The translations under genes and the position numbers were made by a program. 64,000 nt of DNA from Balanoglossus misakiensis (Eukaryota > Animalia > Hemichordata). Of the stretch, positions 39,024-51,938 are shown piece after piece (position 1 is the stretch's first letter; each line of letters starts with the position of its first letter). The notes under the pieces are model-generated. The model did no database searches and had not been told where the DNA came from. It worked only from the letters and a program-made list of their open reading frames with translations. The stretch lies in NCBI GenBank assembly GCA_040954595.2, contig CM082592.2, positions 1,612,001 through 1,676,000 of the forward strand. Direction: 5' to 3'.

Positions 39024-39999
39024 CTGACAAACAAGACAAAATATGTTTACAATATTTAAATCATGTTTTTTTATTGTTGCTGCTGTAGTTTCAAATATCA
39101 TGCTTCCCCAGCTACTTTGGCATAAAATGACTGAGAAATATTCAAACAGAAAACTTCACCAGGGTAGTATAAATGTGAGGTAATTACACATTGCAATTCA
39201 TTGTATAGCTTCAGTGTGGGAGACATTGGAGCAACTCGATCATTATCTTGACACCCACATACATGTAAATAATGACACACTTGAGGAACTAGTTACTAAA
39301 TTACATTTCATGAACATGCTGTAAATGTTCCTCAACTGCTTTGAAAACTTCAGGAACTTCCTCTCTAATTACTCTTTGATAGCAAGGACCAACTACACTG
39401 AACACAGCATGACTCCAGATTTAGGGTTTAATCAGTGTCTCTCACTCTGTTTCCAACTGTGTCTACTGCAACAGAGGGATGACTTTACACAAACAGCCAA
39501 ATGTGTTCTGAAGCATATATTACAAGTAATATAAAACAAGTTAAATTTTCCAACAAGTTAAATTTTCCAAACCATGTACATGTATATTAATTGTTCAGTG
39601 CTTCAGATTTATGAATAACTCAAATATTGGAGTGATATTGGCTTCTCCATAACAAACACAAATAGTTTGCTTGTTTTTAGCTTCGCTTGCGCCAGCCATG
39701 TTCAGCCAGCAACTTCCAGAAGTAATTGTTGCCATAACTTGGATTATACCAATATAGGGCAGTAATGACTTTCACTGAAATGTATTCTTTTTCAAAATTA
39801 AGTATTATTTTGTAGTTGTAAATTGCTCCACTGTAATCTCAAAATTAATCGTGACACAATGTAACAACAGGCAAGAGTGTCTACAGTCTTCCCCAGTGTG
39901 TTCTGGGCAGAATACACTGGCGACGACCCTAAATAACACTCCCATACATTTACTAGAAAGTATTTTAGAAGAAATAACACTTATTAGAATGTATCTTAC

Positions 40000-40086
40000 C
40001 TGATTGCATGACAAACAAGGCAACATTCTGCTTTGGCATCATTAAGGAAACTGCACTCATTGCACGTCCAGTCATTTTCATGGTTC
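40000..40086 (-). CDS. Duplicated exon encoding a RanBP2/NZF zinc finger
   Basis: AG|NHENDWTCNECSFLNDAKAECCLVCHAIR|GT. 87 nt, same phase, with flanking intron similarity to the 38928 exon. Confidence 0.75.
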
Positions 40087-40279
40087 CTGACAATCAAGAA
40101 AAAGAGACATTAACAATATCTAAACCATTATTATCATGTTAATAATATGTGTATATTTTGATTTTCACAATAGTTAATCATACTCTTGTATACTAATACT
40201 TTTTAAAAAACTCCTGCGAAGTATTCCCATGTATTACCCATACTCGAGACGGCGTTAGCGCCCTGGCGTTTATATAATA

Positions 40280-41296
40280 TAGTTTACCGGGTAAGAATGG
40301 GTGGTCACTATTTTACACATAGAATTGACTTTCTATATATCATCAGATCAATCAATATGAAGAGAACAGTGTGTTTTAAGTTTTGTCTAAAAATTACGTT
40401 TTTGGGCAAAAAATGGTCAAAAAGGCAATTTTGTCTCGTTTGGAGTCAGTCAGACTGCTTTTTTCGTAATATCAACCAAATTTTACATAGAATAGGCATA
40501 CCATATGTCATCAGATCTTCGAATGTGACGAAAACTGTGTGTTTTTAGTGTTTTCTAAAAATGACCTTTTTTGGGTTAAAACGTGCCAAAATGGCAATTT
40601 TGTCTTGGGTGGGGTCAATAAGACTGACTTTTTTGGAATCAGCACCATTTTTTACATAGAATGGACTTCACAAACCTTCCTTACCAAAAATTTTGTTCAA
40701 AGGCACCTATCTCCTAGGGTAATAACTTGTCATCATAGTCACTAGTTGGTAAGGGTACTTGGAAGTATGACGTAATGATGACGTAATTGATTATCGTATC
40801 ATTTTTTTGCAATAATTAGATACTTTACTCAATCAGCTTTCTGTTGATACCAAACGCATCACAGTTTTCATCAGTACAATTGCACAGAGACATGTTTTGC
40901 AAAACCTCACATTTGTAGGTGAACAGAATACCATTTTAGTAAGGGTATTTTGACTTATGATGTCACTATGATGTCATGATTTGTCATATCACTTTTATTT
41001 TGTAATTTTTGTATTTTGATACCAAATACATCCATGTTGTTCTAGGTATACGTTCAGAGAGACAGTATTTTACAAGACTAATTTACCCCCCTACGTCAAT
41101 TTATATGCACTTTTAGGGTTTCCTGCATACGTTACCCAATATAATTTAGAAGCCAATAACTCGAAAACGCCCCGGTGCCTAGATGGCAAACAAAGTGACT
41201 TTTACTCAGTATATGATAGGCTTTCAGAAAAACATTGTCTCAAAAATTCCCCCAGGGGGGGAGGGGGAGGTAAACCTATACTGGCTCATGGTCTAT
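40280..41296. mobile_element. Non-coding DNA transposon remnant (Academ-like right end)
   Basis: Ends in G-run...aaacctatactggctcatggtcta (TAG terminus on the minus strand), with internal ~170-bp degenerate repeats at ~40315, 40485 and 40650. Confidence 0.4.
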
Positions 41297-41299
41297 TGC

Positions 41300-42020
41300 T
41301 GATAATTGCAGGTTGTTATTGTTCAGTCCCGTCAATGTACGTTGCCAGTTGTTCAAAACTGACTATGGAGTTATGCCACCAACATACAGATCGTCGGCGA
41401 TTTTCGTTACACAGCCTTCCTGTATGAGGTCACCAAGGACTCTACACATGACTTTCTCGAGGCAAGTCTCCGACCCGGGCATACCCATGGCGGAGCGTGT
41501 GTATACTCGTACACCCTTGAATGGCGTTAGCACGCCACAGTATTTTGTTGATTTCGATGATAGTGGTATTTGGTAATACGCCTGGTTGAGATCGGTAGTG
41601 ATAATGTATTTCCATTTTGTGATATCACGTAGTATGTTTTCGAACTTTGATGGCTGAGGTTTGCTGTGTTTGGCGACCTCTCCAAATGAGGTCACTAGTC
41701 GTGTGCCGCCACTCGGTTTCTTGACCAGAAACGAGAGGTTAAGGTATTCAACGGTGTTGTTGACTTGTTCTGGCTTCGCGAACACACCGGCATTTTCAAG
41801 CTCGTCAAATTTAGCTTGCAGTTCCAATAGGGAATCGCGGTTGTAGTGAGGTAATCTGCCTTTACGTTGAGGTGGCAAGACTGGCCCTATGTTGACCACA
41901 GCCTCAACGTTTCCACTGGCGCCATATACGGAATCGCGGTTGTAGTGAGGTAACCAGATGTCAAGAGGTACCTGCGCTCTATCACTGAAGCTAACGATGG
42001 TCTCCTTATTGTCAGAGACT
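41300..42020 (-). mobile_element. Gypsy-type LTR retrotransposon RT fragment, inverted relative to its integrase
   Basis: [61 protein letters not shown]. Confidence 0.9.
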
Positions 42021-45000
42021 CTCAACCGTTCCAACCTACACGAGAACGAATCGTGGTGCCCAGAATGATATTAGATGGGCTTCTCACAGCCATCCACCTT
42101 TGATTCAACCACCCACCCAAGAACCAGACGAAGAATGTGTTCAACAGGTACTTCTTCGCAATCGACCTGGAAAAAGCCATGGATACGACATGTGCTTCTT
42201 GCCACCACTGTACATCCCTGAAATGTGTTCCGTCACTATTGCGACCACAATCTTCACCAACACCACCGCAGCAACTGGGCAGATCATTCGCAGCTGACAT
42301 CATGCGACGGTACCGGCAATGGGTATTTATATTGCGTGAAACCGTCTCATCATACACAAAGTCCATGCTTATTGACAGCGAACAACACGCAGAAATCCGC
42401 AATGCTATTGTCATATCGACTCTGGACCGGGACTTATTGCACTATCCAAAGACCCGACATTGAAGAAACTTGGCATTGAACATGACTTTGGTAATGTCAA
42501 AAATACCAACAACATGTACAACCCAGTCGCTGAAAACGCTGTAAAAGAACTCGGTCACGAATGCTTAAATATCAACCCAGAGGGCTGCCCAATCACACCA
42601 ATCACACTCGCCCTGGCAACGGCTAACCTGAATGCCAGAATACGTGGAAGCGGCCTATCTTCCAGGGAAATCTGGACACAGTTCCCCATCTACAGTGCGT
42701 AGTGTTGTTTACTTTGATTTAGTTGTGGAGTGGTCGAGGGTCCCTTGTTGTATGTCAAAGAGTGACCGACGGCCATTTGTGGTACCTCTCTCGTCATCCT
42801 TATAACTGCTGCCTTGTACATAAACACATGCCTAAGGCGTCGGCGATTTTAGGGTGGGTGGGTGGGTGCTTTCTGTCACGCTCCGCCGTGAGAAGGCATG
42901 GGCACTACATCTGGGTAAAACCTTATAAACCAGACCTCATGCATATTCATATATAGTCAACCAATCACTGCGCAGTGTAGCTAGTTCCCCATCTACACTG
43001 CGTAGTGTTGTTTACTTTGATTTAGTTGTGGAGTGGTCGAGGGTCCCTTGCCTCGTCTCTTGGTCTCCCTCGACTTAACCCAAAAGCAAACCCCTCTCCC
43101 TCCAATACTCATCACGCACATCCACAAATACCACACAAAGATGAAAGAGGGAAAATTCTTTATTTTCCTTTATAAACATAATAGTTGACAAAAACATAAG
43201 TGAGGAGCAGATATCACCAACATAATAAACCGGGCATAGGGTTAGAAACCCCCGCCTAGTTGAGACAGAAGGGACTGTAATTAGACTACAGTACACCTCC
43301 CCCAGGCACGCCCCCATTTTACAACACGTGCAAACCATTCATACAGCAACAGAACATTTTACATTACGTTCTTTTTCCCCCTTTAATCATCATTATCAAT
43401 TATGTGTTACAATACTACAGGCAGGCAGGCAAATCACCGTAAAACTGTACTAATAGTAATAACCTATTCGTTATCTCTACCCGAACGGGAACGGTAAGAT
43501 TCCCTTCTCCCATCATCATATGTATCGTATCTATCGTAGTGATCGTACCTATAATGTCTACCATAACAAAACCTAGCTCTATGTCCAATTCTATTTCACT
43601 TCCAACATCGCAAACTCGATCTTTCTCTATTCTCTCTGCGACCAGCATTTGAACGGGTATTACCAACGGCTTTCTTCACTTTTGCAATTTTCTCTAAGAT
43701 CTCTGCATGTGCACCTGATCCAAGTAGGGAAAGCAGCATCTGAGGCATAGCGGGTGATTGCCTCTCTTTACGCAGAGCCCGTAACATGGCTACGTATTTA
43801 TGATAGTCCTTATGTCCTATATCCATCGATATGTCCACTAGCATTTCCAGGCGAGCCAAAGCTTCTTCTGGACTAAAAGCCGCTTCGTCCCGCTCAGCAT
43901 ACAACCGCAACTCCGTCAGTGATCTGTCGTAGGATTCCAGTCGAGGGCCACTTGACATCTCCGGTCTTCGAGTATGTGCGGGTCCCTGCAATGCACCAAT
44001 CAAAGCATAAACCTTAGCACCTGGGGTATGCCGCACGTTTAGCGTGTAATTTACATGACAGTTATTTCTGGCCACACCCATTCACAGTCAGCCTGAAATC
44101 GTCAACATGCAAGTTGTATATCGCAGTTCTCACAACAAAGAAAACCCGTATTCAGGCAGAAAACAGTCCCATTTATCGTCACGAAACAGCACACCCCAAC
44201 CTGTACAACTATCCCATAGCTCCCAAGTGTAAAATTCTCGAAGCTGTAAATATCACTCATTGCTCAAGGAAATCTATCCAGGCGTGCACCGCTATACCAC
44301 CATGCCACGTGACATATACGCTTATGAACTTTAGCGCTTCTACTCTGTACATATTTTTACTCCGTGCATTTTCACATAACGACCTCAGACGTGGCATTTC
44401 TGTAAGTGCAAACACAACACGAGCAAACCTCAATGCGTCACAGGTGGGTCCATCATGCCACCGGCAGTGTCCTCTGCAGCAGCCGTATTCATTCCAACTA
44501 GCGCTATATAATTCGTCAACCCAAACGTTATAACCTGCCATGACCAATCCGGCTACTTTTTTCACATTATGTAACAAGTACACTGATTCCAGATTCGTCA
44601 AACCCAAATACGAAAAGAAACACTTGGGGATGACTCGTCACCTTCATTACCATTCATTCAGGTTTTCATGGGGACGACTCAAATTTCTTCTCCATTAACA
44701 ACGGTAAATTCGTCAACCCAAAAACCGTATTTCATAACTTTCCATGGGAACGACTCAATACTCAGTTTCTTCGCCATTAACAACTGTCAATTCGTCATAC
44801 CCAAAACCACATTTTATAACTCTTCATGGGGACGACTCAATAATCACTTCTCTTACGTCAGACCCAAATACAACACATTCTCATTCGAAATTACTCCAAT
44901 CCCAGTTCCACATAATATCTTCGGTCTTGAACGCAAATGACTCCCTGAGATAACATCGGCCACCTGGGGAATTCCTTCATTTTCCCGCTACCACTATCTC

Positions 45001-46188
45001 AAAACTGAAGTAACAGTGACGACTCAAGTCAAATTATATATTCCTAATATCACCAGGTAACTACGCATTTTCACCTATCAGAATACAAGCTGGCTGTGGA
45101 AAGACAACAGCAAAATGCACCAAATAATATTCGATCTGCAAGGTGAAACTTACCGCATCGACTGGTTGCACTTGGCTGCTACCTGTTGAGGCTGTTCGGG
45201 TACTGGTAAGAGCGACAGTAGCATTGGTGGTAGTGGCAGTCGCAGTCCTTGTTGTAGACATTCTACTAACAGCCATAGTATTGAGAACTGGTGTTTGCAG
45301 TGCTATTACAACTGTTGCTTTTGTGGATGGAGTTGCCATTCTGAATTCCACCTAGAAAACTTGATGACGAGCGAGGTACACTGAATATTGCTTTCTGTCA
45401 CGCTCCGCCGTGAGAAGGCATGGGCGCTACATCTGGGTAAAACCTTATAAACAAGACCTTATGCATATTCATATATAGTCAACCAATCACTGCGCAGTGT
45501 AGCTAGCGTGATCAAATAACAGGGGAACAACTACCTATCGCTGACCGACACTTCATAGTGCAGCAGCACTTCAAGCGGGTATACAATCATGCATCCACTT
45601 CAAATTCAAAAACTCACGGCTCTGGAAAAACAAACCCATGTAGTGTCAGGGTTGGCGACCTTGTGTATTTATTGTGTGACAGGGACAAGACTCGCGCACG
45701 GGATAGATACCTAGTGACCAGTGTCTCGGACAATCGCTGTCGTATTCGCAAGTTCACAAAGTCACAGTTCCGCTCAAAAGAACACGACATACATGTCTCG
45801 GACTGTTACCATGTAAAACCCACATCCCTGGAGCCAGTGGCAGGACCAAATTAGAGGCCTGCACGACAACGAGGATTTTGAGCCTAATCATCTCGCAACT
45901 ATCACAAGTAAAGTACCAACCTTGGTCTGCCCTCAGCCTCAAATTGTCCCTACACCAACAATATTGACGGAGAACATATCCCCACCATCCCCACCTCCAC
46001 TGATCACCACACCACCTGATGAAGAAAACTTCATGTCACCACAAATACCCATCACAGTAAACACTGATTCTGCTGAAATGATCAGGGATGCTGCTTCAAA
46101 TCCACCTCCTGATATTCAACCCCGTCAATCTACTAGGACGACGAAATCCACCCAATGGCAAGCTTCTGGGGAATTGATCATGGATTAG
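42020..46188 (+). mobile_element. Gypsy-type integrase region, split by the 42682-45506 insertion
   Basis: LTAIHL...HP, CASCHHC, FAADIMRR, NPVAENAVKEL, LATANLNARIRGSGLSSREIWTQ (ends 42681), resuming in frame RDQITGEQLP at 45507; then VGDLVYL..DRDKTRARDRYLV. Confidence 0.85.
42682..45506 (-). mobile_element. Internally deleted tyrosine-recombinase retrotransposon with split direct repeats (Ngaro/PAT type)
   Basis: ~117-bp repeat at 45390-45506 and 42868-42984. ~67-bp repeat at 42985-43050 and 42682-42748. Minus-strand order A1...B1-A2-B2. No TSD. Gag-like ORF at 43415-44081. Confidence 0.8.
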
Positions 46189-47580
46189 TATTGTTTGTTG
46201 GGCCATAATAATGCGTTTTTGCGGGTGTGAGCCAAGCGCCGCCCAACAGAAGTCCCGGCCCCTCACTTGGACTTTCGTTTTTGTGGACAGTGTGTTTACT
46301 GGAACTCATAGTCAGGTGGAAATTTCAGAAAATGAGCATTTTAAAAGCATGTCAGGCATTTTTTGGTACAAGCTGGGAACAAGTTGTTTTTGGATATTTC
46401 GAATACGCTGATTTCGAATTTGCCTGTTCCCAAAAATTCTTTTCACGTTTTCATGTCGAAAATGGCAAATTAATTTGTGACGTCATAATTTCAAAATACC
46501 TAAAAGAAAACGCTGTTTGTAGCCATTATGGTGCAATATCACAGGTCAACACCATAATGGTCTATTGAAATCATATTCTTATATCATTTAAATATTTTTA
46601 CACATTTTTTTTAATTTAGAAACATTTGGTGAATTGGTAAAAATGCTAATTTATGTTAATTAGGTGACACGCCCATCTAAAATCAATGGTCTACAAAAGA
46701 GAGCCAACGGTGTTAAGTGAGGTGTCTATTCCAATGTTTTCAAGGTCAAGGAATTCAAATATGCAATCATTTACCTTGTCAGACAAGGTGCAGCATGGAA
46801 AATATGCAAAATTAGCTTAATTAGTCATGATGTAATGCTAAAATTGACAACTGAAAGCTAATGATACAACTATGGCCTTTGAGGTGTCTATTCACATGTT
46901 TTTTGGCAAATGTTTGCATTTTAATGAATAACTGAAATGAAACTTTTCATATTTGTATGTAATAGCATGTAAAAAACAACAAAAACAAACAAATAAACAT
47001 ACACAACGAGGATTTAGTTTAGACTGTACATGCTCGTTGGTAACATCGTGACCGATCGCTCCGTTAAAAAACACCAGAACATTGAACGTATGAACGTTTA
47101 GGTCCACCATTCACAAGTTATTGAACTATAAATGTATGTTCAATGACAATGTTGTGAAAAGCCAAAAACATACTTTTTGCCAACAAAACTGGCATTTGTT
47201 AACGTACAAGTTGTTCATTAATAGCGAAAGCATCGTATGGCCACACTCACATTATGCCAGCACCGTATATTCATGCTTAGTTATAAGACGTTGAATGCAC
47301 ACTGATGGCCCGACGTTCTCTGTGTTTTTTTGAAACCCGGTCTCTAACAACAATTTCTCTTCATAAGTAAAGAGTAATGTGTATTTTTATTACGTTTTTA
47401 TATATGATACTGTGTGCAAAGTGAAGATTGTGTCAGTGAGGCAACATATATACATGTATGTTTAATCCACTTGGGTGTCGTACTTGGCTCAGATGTGCGT
47501 TAATGTGTACTAAACAAATTCAGATAGCGAGCCACAATATCTGTTGATGAGTTTCCATGGCAACCATTTTTTCATTTTTT

Positions 47581-48933
47581 AGGTCCCATTGGTATAGGCC
47601 TATATACCATGGGACCTTATGGGATGGGTTGCGTCTGTGTGTATGCATGGATGGATGGATGGATGGATGTATGTCTGTATGTCCGTCCACATCAAAAACT
47701 TGAAAACCGCTGCGCGTATCACCTCAATATTTGGTGTGCAGGTGCAGGCTGGGCTGTAGATGGGAGTTTGTCCAAACGAAGTTGCCAGGCCCAAAAATAT
47801 GCAAATTAGCTTGTAAAATGTGAAATTTATCAAAACTCTGTAAGTCAACAATTACTGGTCAGATTGCTTTGGAAATTGGTATGCATGTACCATATGTCAA
47901 CCTCACACCGACCTGTAAGTGTTAAGTTGATATCGTGGATGTTTTATTTTTTATGAATTTTTTAGTCTTTTTATTAAATTTATACCTTTACTTATACGTC
48001 TATGGTTAAGCTATGTCCACGTCTTATTGTGGAATTCTGGTCTGTGCAATAGTCCTGTACAGTGACTGTCTATTGGTCAGTGAGCACAATGGGGCCAAAA
48101 TAAAAGGCAAAATTTTGGGCTCACCTGTAACACCTGCTTAACACATTAATTATGTGCATACCTAATTCCGGGCTAACTAATAGGGCTAGAGGTTTCGTTC
48201 TTGTGGGACATGGACCAGTATAGGGTCAAAATTTCTTGCCCAAATTTTGGGTGACATCAGGTGACCTTTGACCTACTTTCCTATATCTCGGCATCCAGAG
48301 CAGGTACAGACTTGGCGTTTGGAGGGTTGGGACTAAAATTGAAAAGCCAAAATTGAGGGTCACCTGTGACACCTGCATATCTCATTAATTATGTGCATAC
48401 CTAATTCCAGGCTAACCAATAGGGCTATAGGTTTGGTTTTTGTTGAACATGGACCAGTATAGGGTCAAAATTTCTTGCCCAAATTTTGCATGACCTCAGG
48501 TGACCTTTGACCTACTTTATCATATCCTGGCATCCAAAGCAGGTACAGACTTGGCGTTTGGAGGGTTGGGACTAAAATTGAAAAGCCAAAATTTGGGGTC
48601 ATCTGTGACACCTGCATATCTCATTAATTATGTGCATACCTAATTCCAGGCTAACCAATAGGGCTATAGGTTTGGTTTTTGTTGAACATGGACCAGTATA
48701 TGGTCAAAATTTCTTGCCCAAATTTTGCATAACCTCAGGTGACCTTTGACCTACTTTTCCATATCTTGGCATCCAGAGCAGATATGCTTATTGCTATGTT
48801 GCTATGTGCTATGTTGGCTTGGGCCCGCTATTGCTGCTTGCAGATCTGCTTGCAATGTCACCTGTAATTTTTATTCTGGTGTGTCACTGTTTCCGCATAA
48901 TCCTCAAATGGGACCACAGTGTCCTTGACGCTA
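47581..48933 (+). mobile_element. Helentron-associated HINE-like element inserted in a T-run
   Basis: Subterminal IR ggtcccatt/aatgggacc, (ggat)n microsatellite, three ~240-bp internal repeats, 3' hairpin agtgtc-ctt-gacgct. Copy 1 shows the empty T-run at ~1161-1169. Confidence 0.75.
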
Positions 48934-50750
48934 TTTTTTCAAAATGGCCGCCAATACAGATAATCTCACCCGCAAAATAACAATTATGAAACACCACAAT
49001 AAATTCATATTACAATATTTGAAACAAGAAACTGCTCAAAGAGTAATTTTCAAAATATATATCATCACTAAACTAGTTATAGGGGTAAATACAGGATCGA
49101 GATTCAGTCGTTAAAGAAATTCAAGTTTGGTAATACAACAAACTTAGTTAAAACACTGTATAACCATATATATATTATAATAGTGGCCTGGCATAAACAC
49201 AATTTTCGTAACATTTGGGCATTTTGTGATAAAAGTTTAACAAGTAAAGCTCAGTTGATTCGTTATTTTCCCCATAAAAATATCTTTGATGAACAAAATT
49301 CCAAATTTAGTCAACCCAGGAAAAAACGGCATCTTGTTTCTCAACCTTATAAATTGATCTGACCAGTTTGAATCAGTGCAGAATCCAGCTTTTCTATTTT
49401 ATCTTCATCAAATGATTCATGCAAATAAAGAATCACTTCCCCATAAAATGGTGGCAGAAAGCCAGTATCATGACAGTCGATTGGTTTGTTAAAGTTACTA
49501 TAGAAACTAACTATGGCTAGGTTGCATGTACATAGATAGATGTTAGGAATCAAAATCAAAATCTGTTTCAAACTTTTCATCCAATACTTGTCCTTCGGAA
49601 AGCGTTTTGATGAAGTCGCTTGAAGTGCTTTGTATTGCTTATGTTATCGATAATTTTAATCGCACCTTGATGATAGTCAGCAGTTCTATTTTGACATGTT
49701 ATTTTGTGTATTTTTGAACCCCCAAAATCAAAGAATAAAATGATAAAGTGGAAATAAGCTTCAAAACACCAAAAGTCTTCAGGATCACAGCTTTTCTGTA
49801 AAGAGTAAGATTTCGCTTACTTCATGCTATTAAATGAAATGAAGTTTTCCGTAATATCTGTTGCAAAGTCAGATCTTTACACATTGAGATATTAGAATGG
49901 AAGTACATTCCAAGTGACTTGTTGGGAGCCTTGGGGCACCTAATCCCAGAAAATTGCAATATGACCTGTTTTTCCATTTACCAATCTAAAGGCCAACTGC
50001 TTGTATATTTAGTTGGGTTTCTATAATTAACACACATTTTTGACAATATTTATGGCATGATGGACACTATTCTCGACAAATAAAATAATGTTGTGTCCTC
50101 TGGTGTAATTTTTATGAGTTTGGAATTATAGACACCATTTATCTTTTGGTCAACTCTGTTAACAGTCGCCAAAATTGCTGCAGTGGAACTGATACATGAT
50201 CTAAAGTATCAAGACATATGGTCGATTATTAACGTTTCAGCAATTCGACTTAAGTTTCTTTAATTTCCTATGGCATTTTGACAAACATTAACGCCCCGAA
50301 AAAACGTTGTCAACGCTTCGGTGGCGATTGTGGTCGAAACAAAGCCGCGTGGTTCGTTACCCGGGGTCCATATAGATTGCATTGCGTTTGAGGCCCTATG
50401 TCTGTCGACCAATAAACGTGACGACCGCGGACTCAGTTTGGATCAACGTCTATTTCGGGCAGTGGACTCTCCTATCAAGTTGATAAGGAAATTTTACCAG
50501 TCACGAGTAAGCCAAGCCCACATCCGTGTGCAATTCGAATATATCGGTGATCTGTTTATATGATTATCATTAGCTAAGGTGGTAAACTGTTGTGATTCAT
50601 ATGTGTAATTTACGTACTGCAAGTTAAATATCGCAATTAGCCTAATGTTTGACCATAGACAGTATGGTTTGACTTCTAGAGGAGCACCTATTAATCCGAA
50701 AGGGATTAAAAGTTGTGCCTTTAAATTGTGTTTTGATAACTTACTTACCC

Positions 50751-51938
50751 CATGGACGTAAAAAGAGAAGGACTTAGGACTGCCACTTAAGCCCATTCAC
50801 ACCTATTGTATTCGCTTTGTCTAGGCTGTTCTTTGACGTTGATGACCGTTGCCGAAGTCAACGTACACAGTGACACACCCCCTCGCGTGCTCTCAGCAGT
50901 ACTCACGAAAACTTGCTGTTTAAGTCACACAGAAGTGGTAAATTACTGTAAAATTATCACCATTTTTTTTTTCTCGATGTAACGGAAATAAAGAAGTGAA
51001 AACAGAAAAAATCGACGCATATTTGACCAAATAGCGAACCGATCTTTATAAGCATGCTAAAAAAACAAGACATTTTAAAATCACTCTCACTTTAAAAGTT
51101 CAAGTGTCCTACGTCTAATTTTTGCATTTTAGAGGAGACGAAGCAATAAACTTTCAGAAAATGTGCGTCTTATATGCAGGAGCACATGGCCATTTTCGCT
51201 ATGCACGTTCGGGTTTTGCCAATTTTCGCGAAGTGCGGTTACTCTATCGCCATAGGATTACACGTAAACCATCAAAGCATTTTCAAAAAACACGACATTT
51301 TAAAATCACTCTCACGTTAAAAGTACAAGGGTCCTACGTCTAATTTTTGCAGTAAAGTGGAGACGAAGCAATAAACTTTCAGAAAATGTGCGTCTTATAG
51401 GCAGAAGCACATGGCCATTTTCGTTATCCACGTTCGGATTTTGCCATTTTTCGCGATGTGCGGTTACTTTATCGCCATAGTATTACACGTTAAATGATCG
51501 CGTTCACAATCGTCGACTTCGAGTGGAATTGCCGGTAAACCAAACGGTGCCTACAATATCTGTTCGATCGGCATAAAACCTTAAATGTATGTTGTAATTT
51601 GTGGACTACATGACAAGAGCTACCAGCTTGGCCAAAGATGCAATTCATGTTTTTTTCAGCGTAGATTTGGTGCATACGGGCCAAATCTCCTCGATGGTTC
51701 AAAGTCAAAGGTCACGCACATGCGTGTTCCATGCAGCCTGATGTTTATATGATCGCTTGACTCCAACGGAAACACCCGAACAGTACCGAATATAGTACCC
51801 GAACCCACTCTTGAATAAATTACGGAAGTAATCCGATTAAAGTATTACGGAGTATTAGGCGATAACGGAGCGGCGGCAACGATCACCTGAACAATAGCTC
51901 AAAGGACAGTCCGAAGTCCTTCTCTTTTTACGTCCATG
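50751..51938. mobile_element. P-element-like non-autonomous transposon with 7-bp TSD
   Basis: CTTACCC|catggacgtaaaaagagaaggactt ... aagtccttctctttttacgtccatg|CTTACCC. Empty site in copy 1 at ~2997-3003. Internal ~225-bp direct repeat. Confidence 0.85.

Noticed and set aside
44257-45355. ORFs inside the split-repeat element as RT or recombinase
   Set aside because: No RT (YxDD) or tyrosine-recombinase (R..HxxR..Y) motifs are visible.
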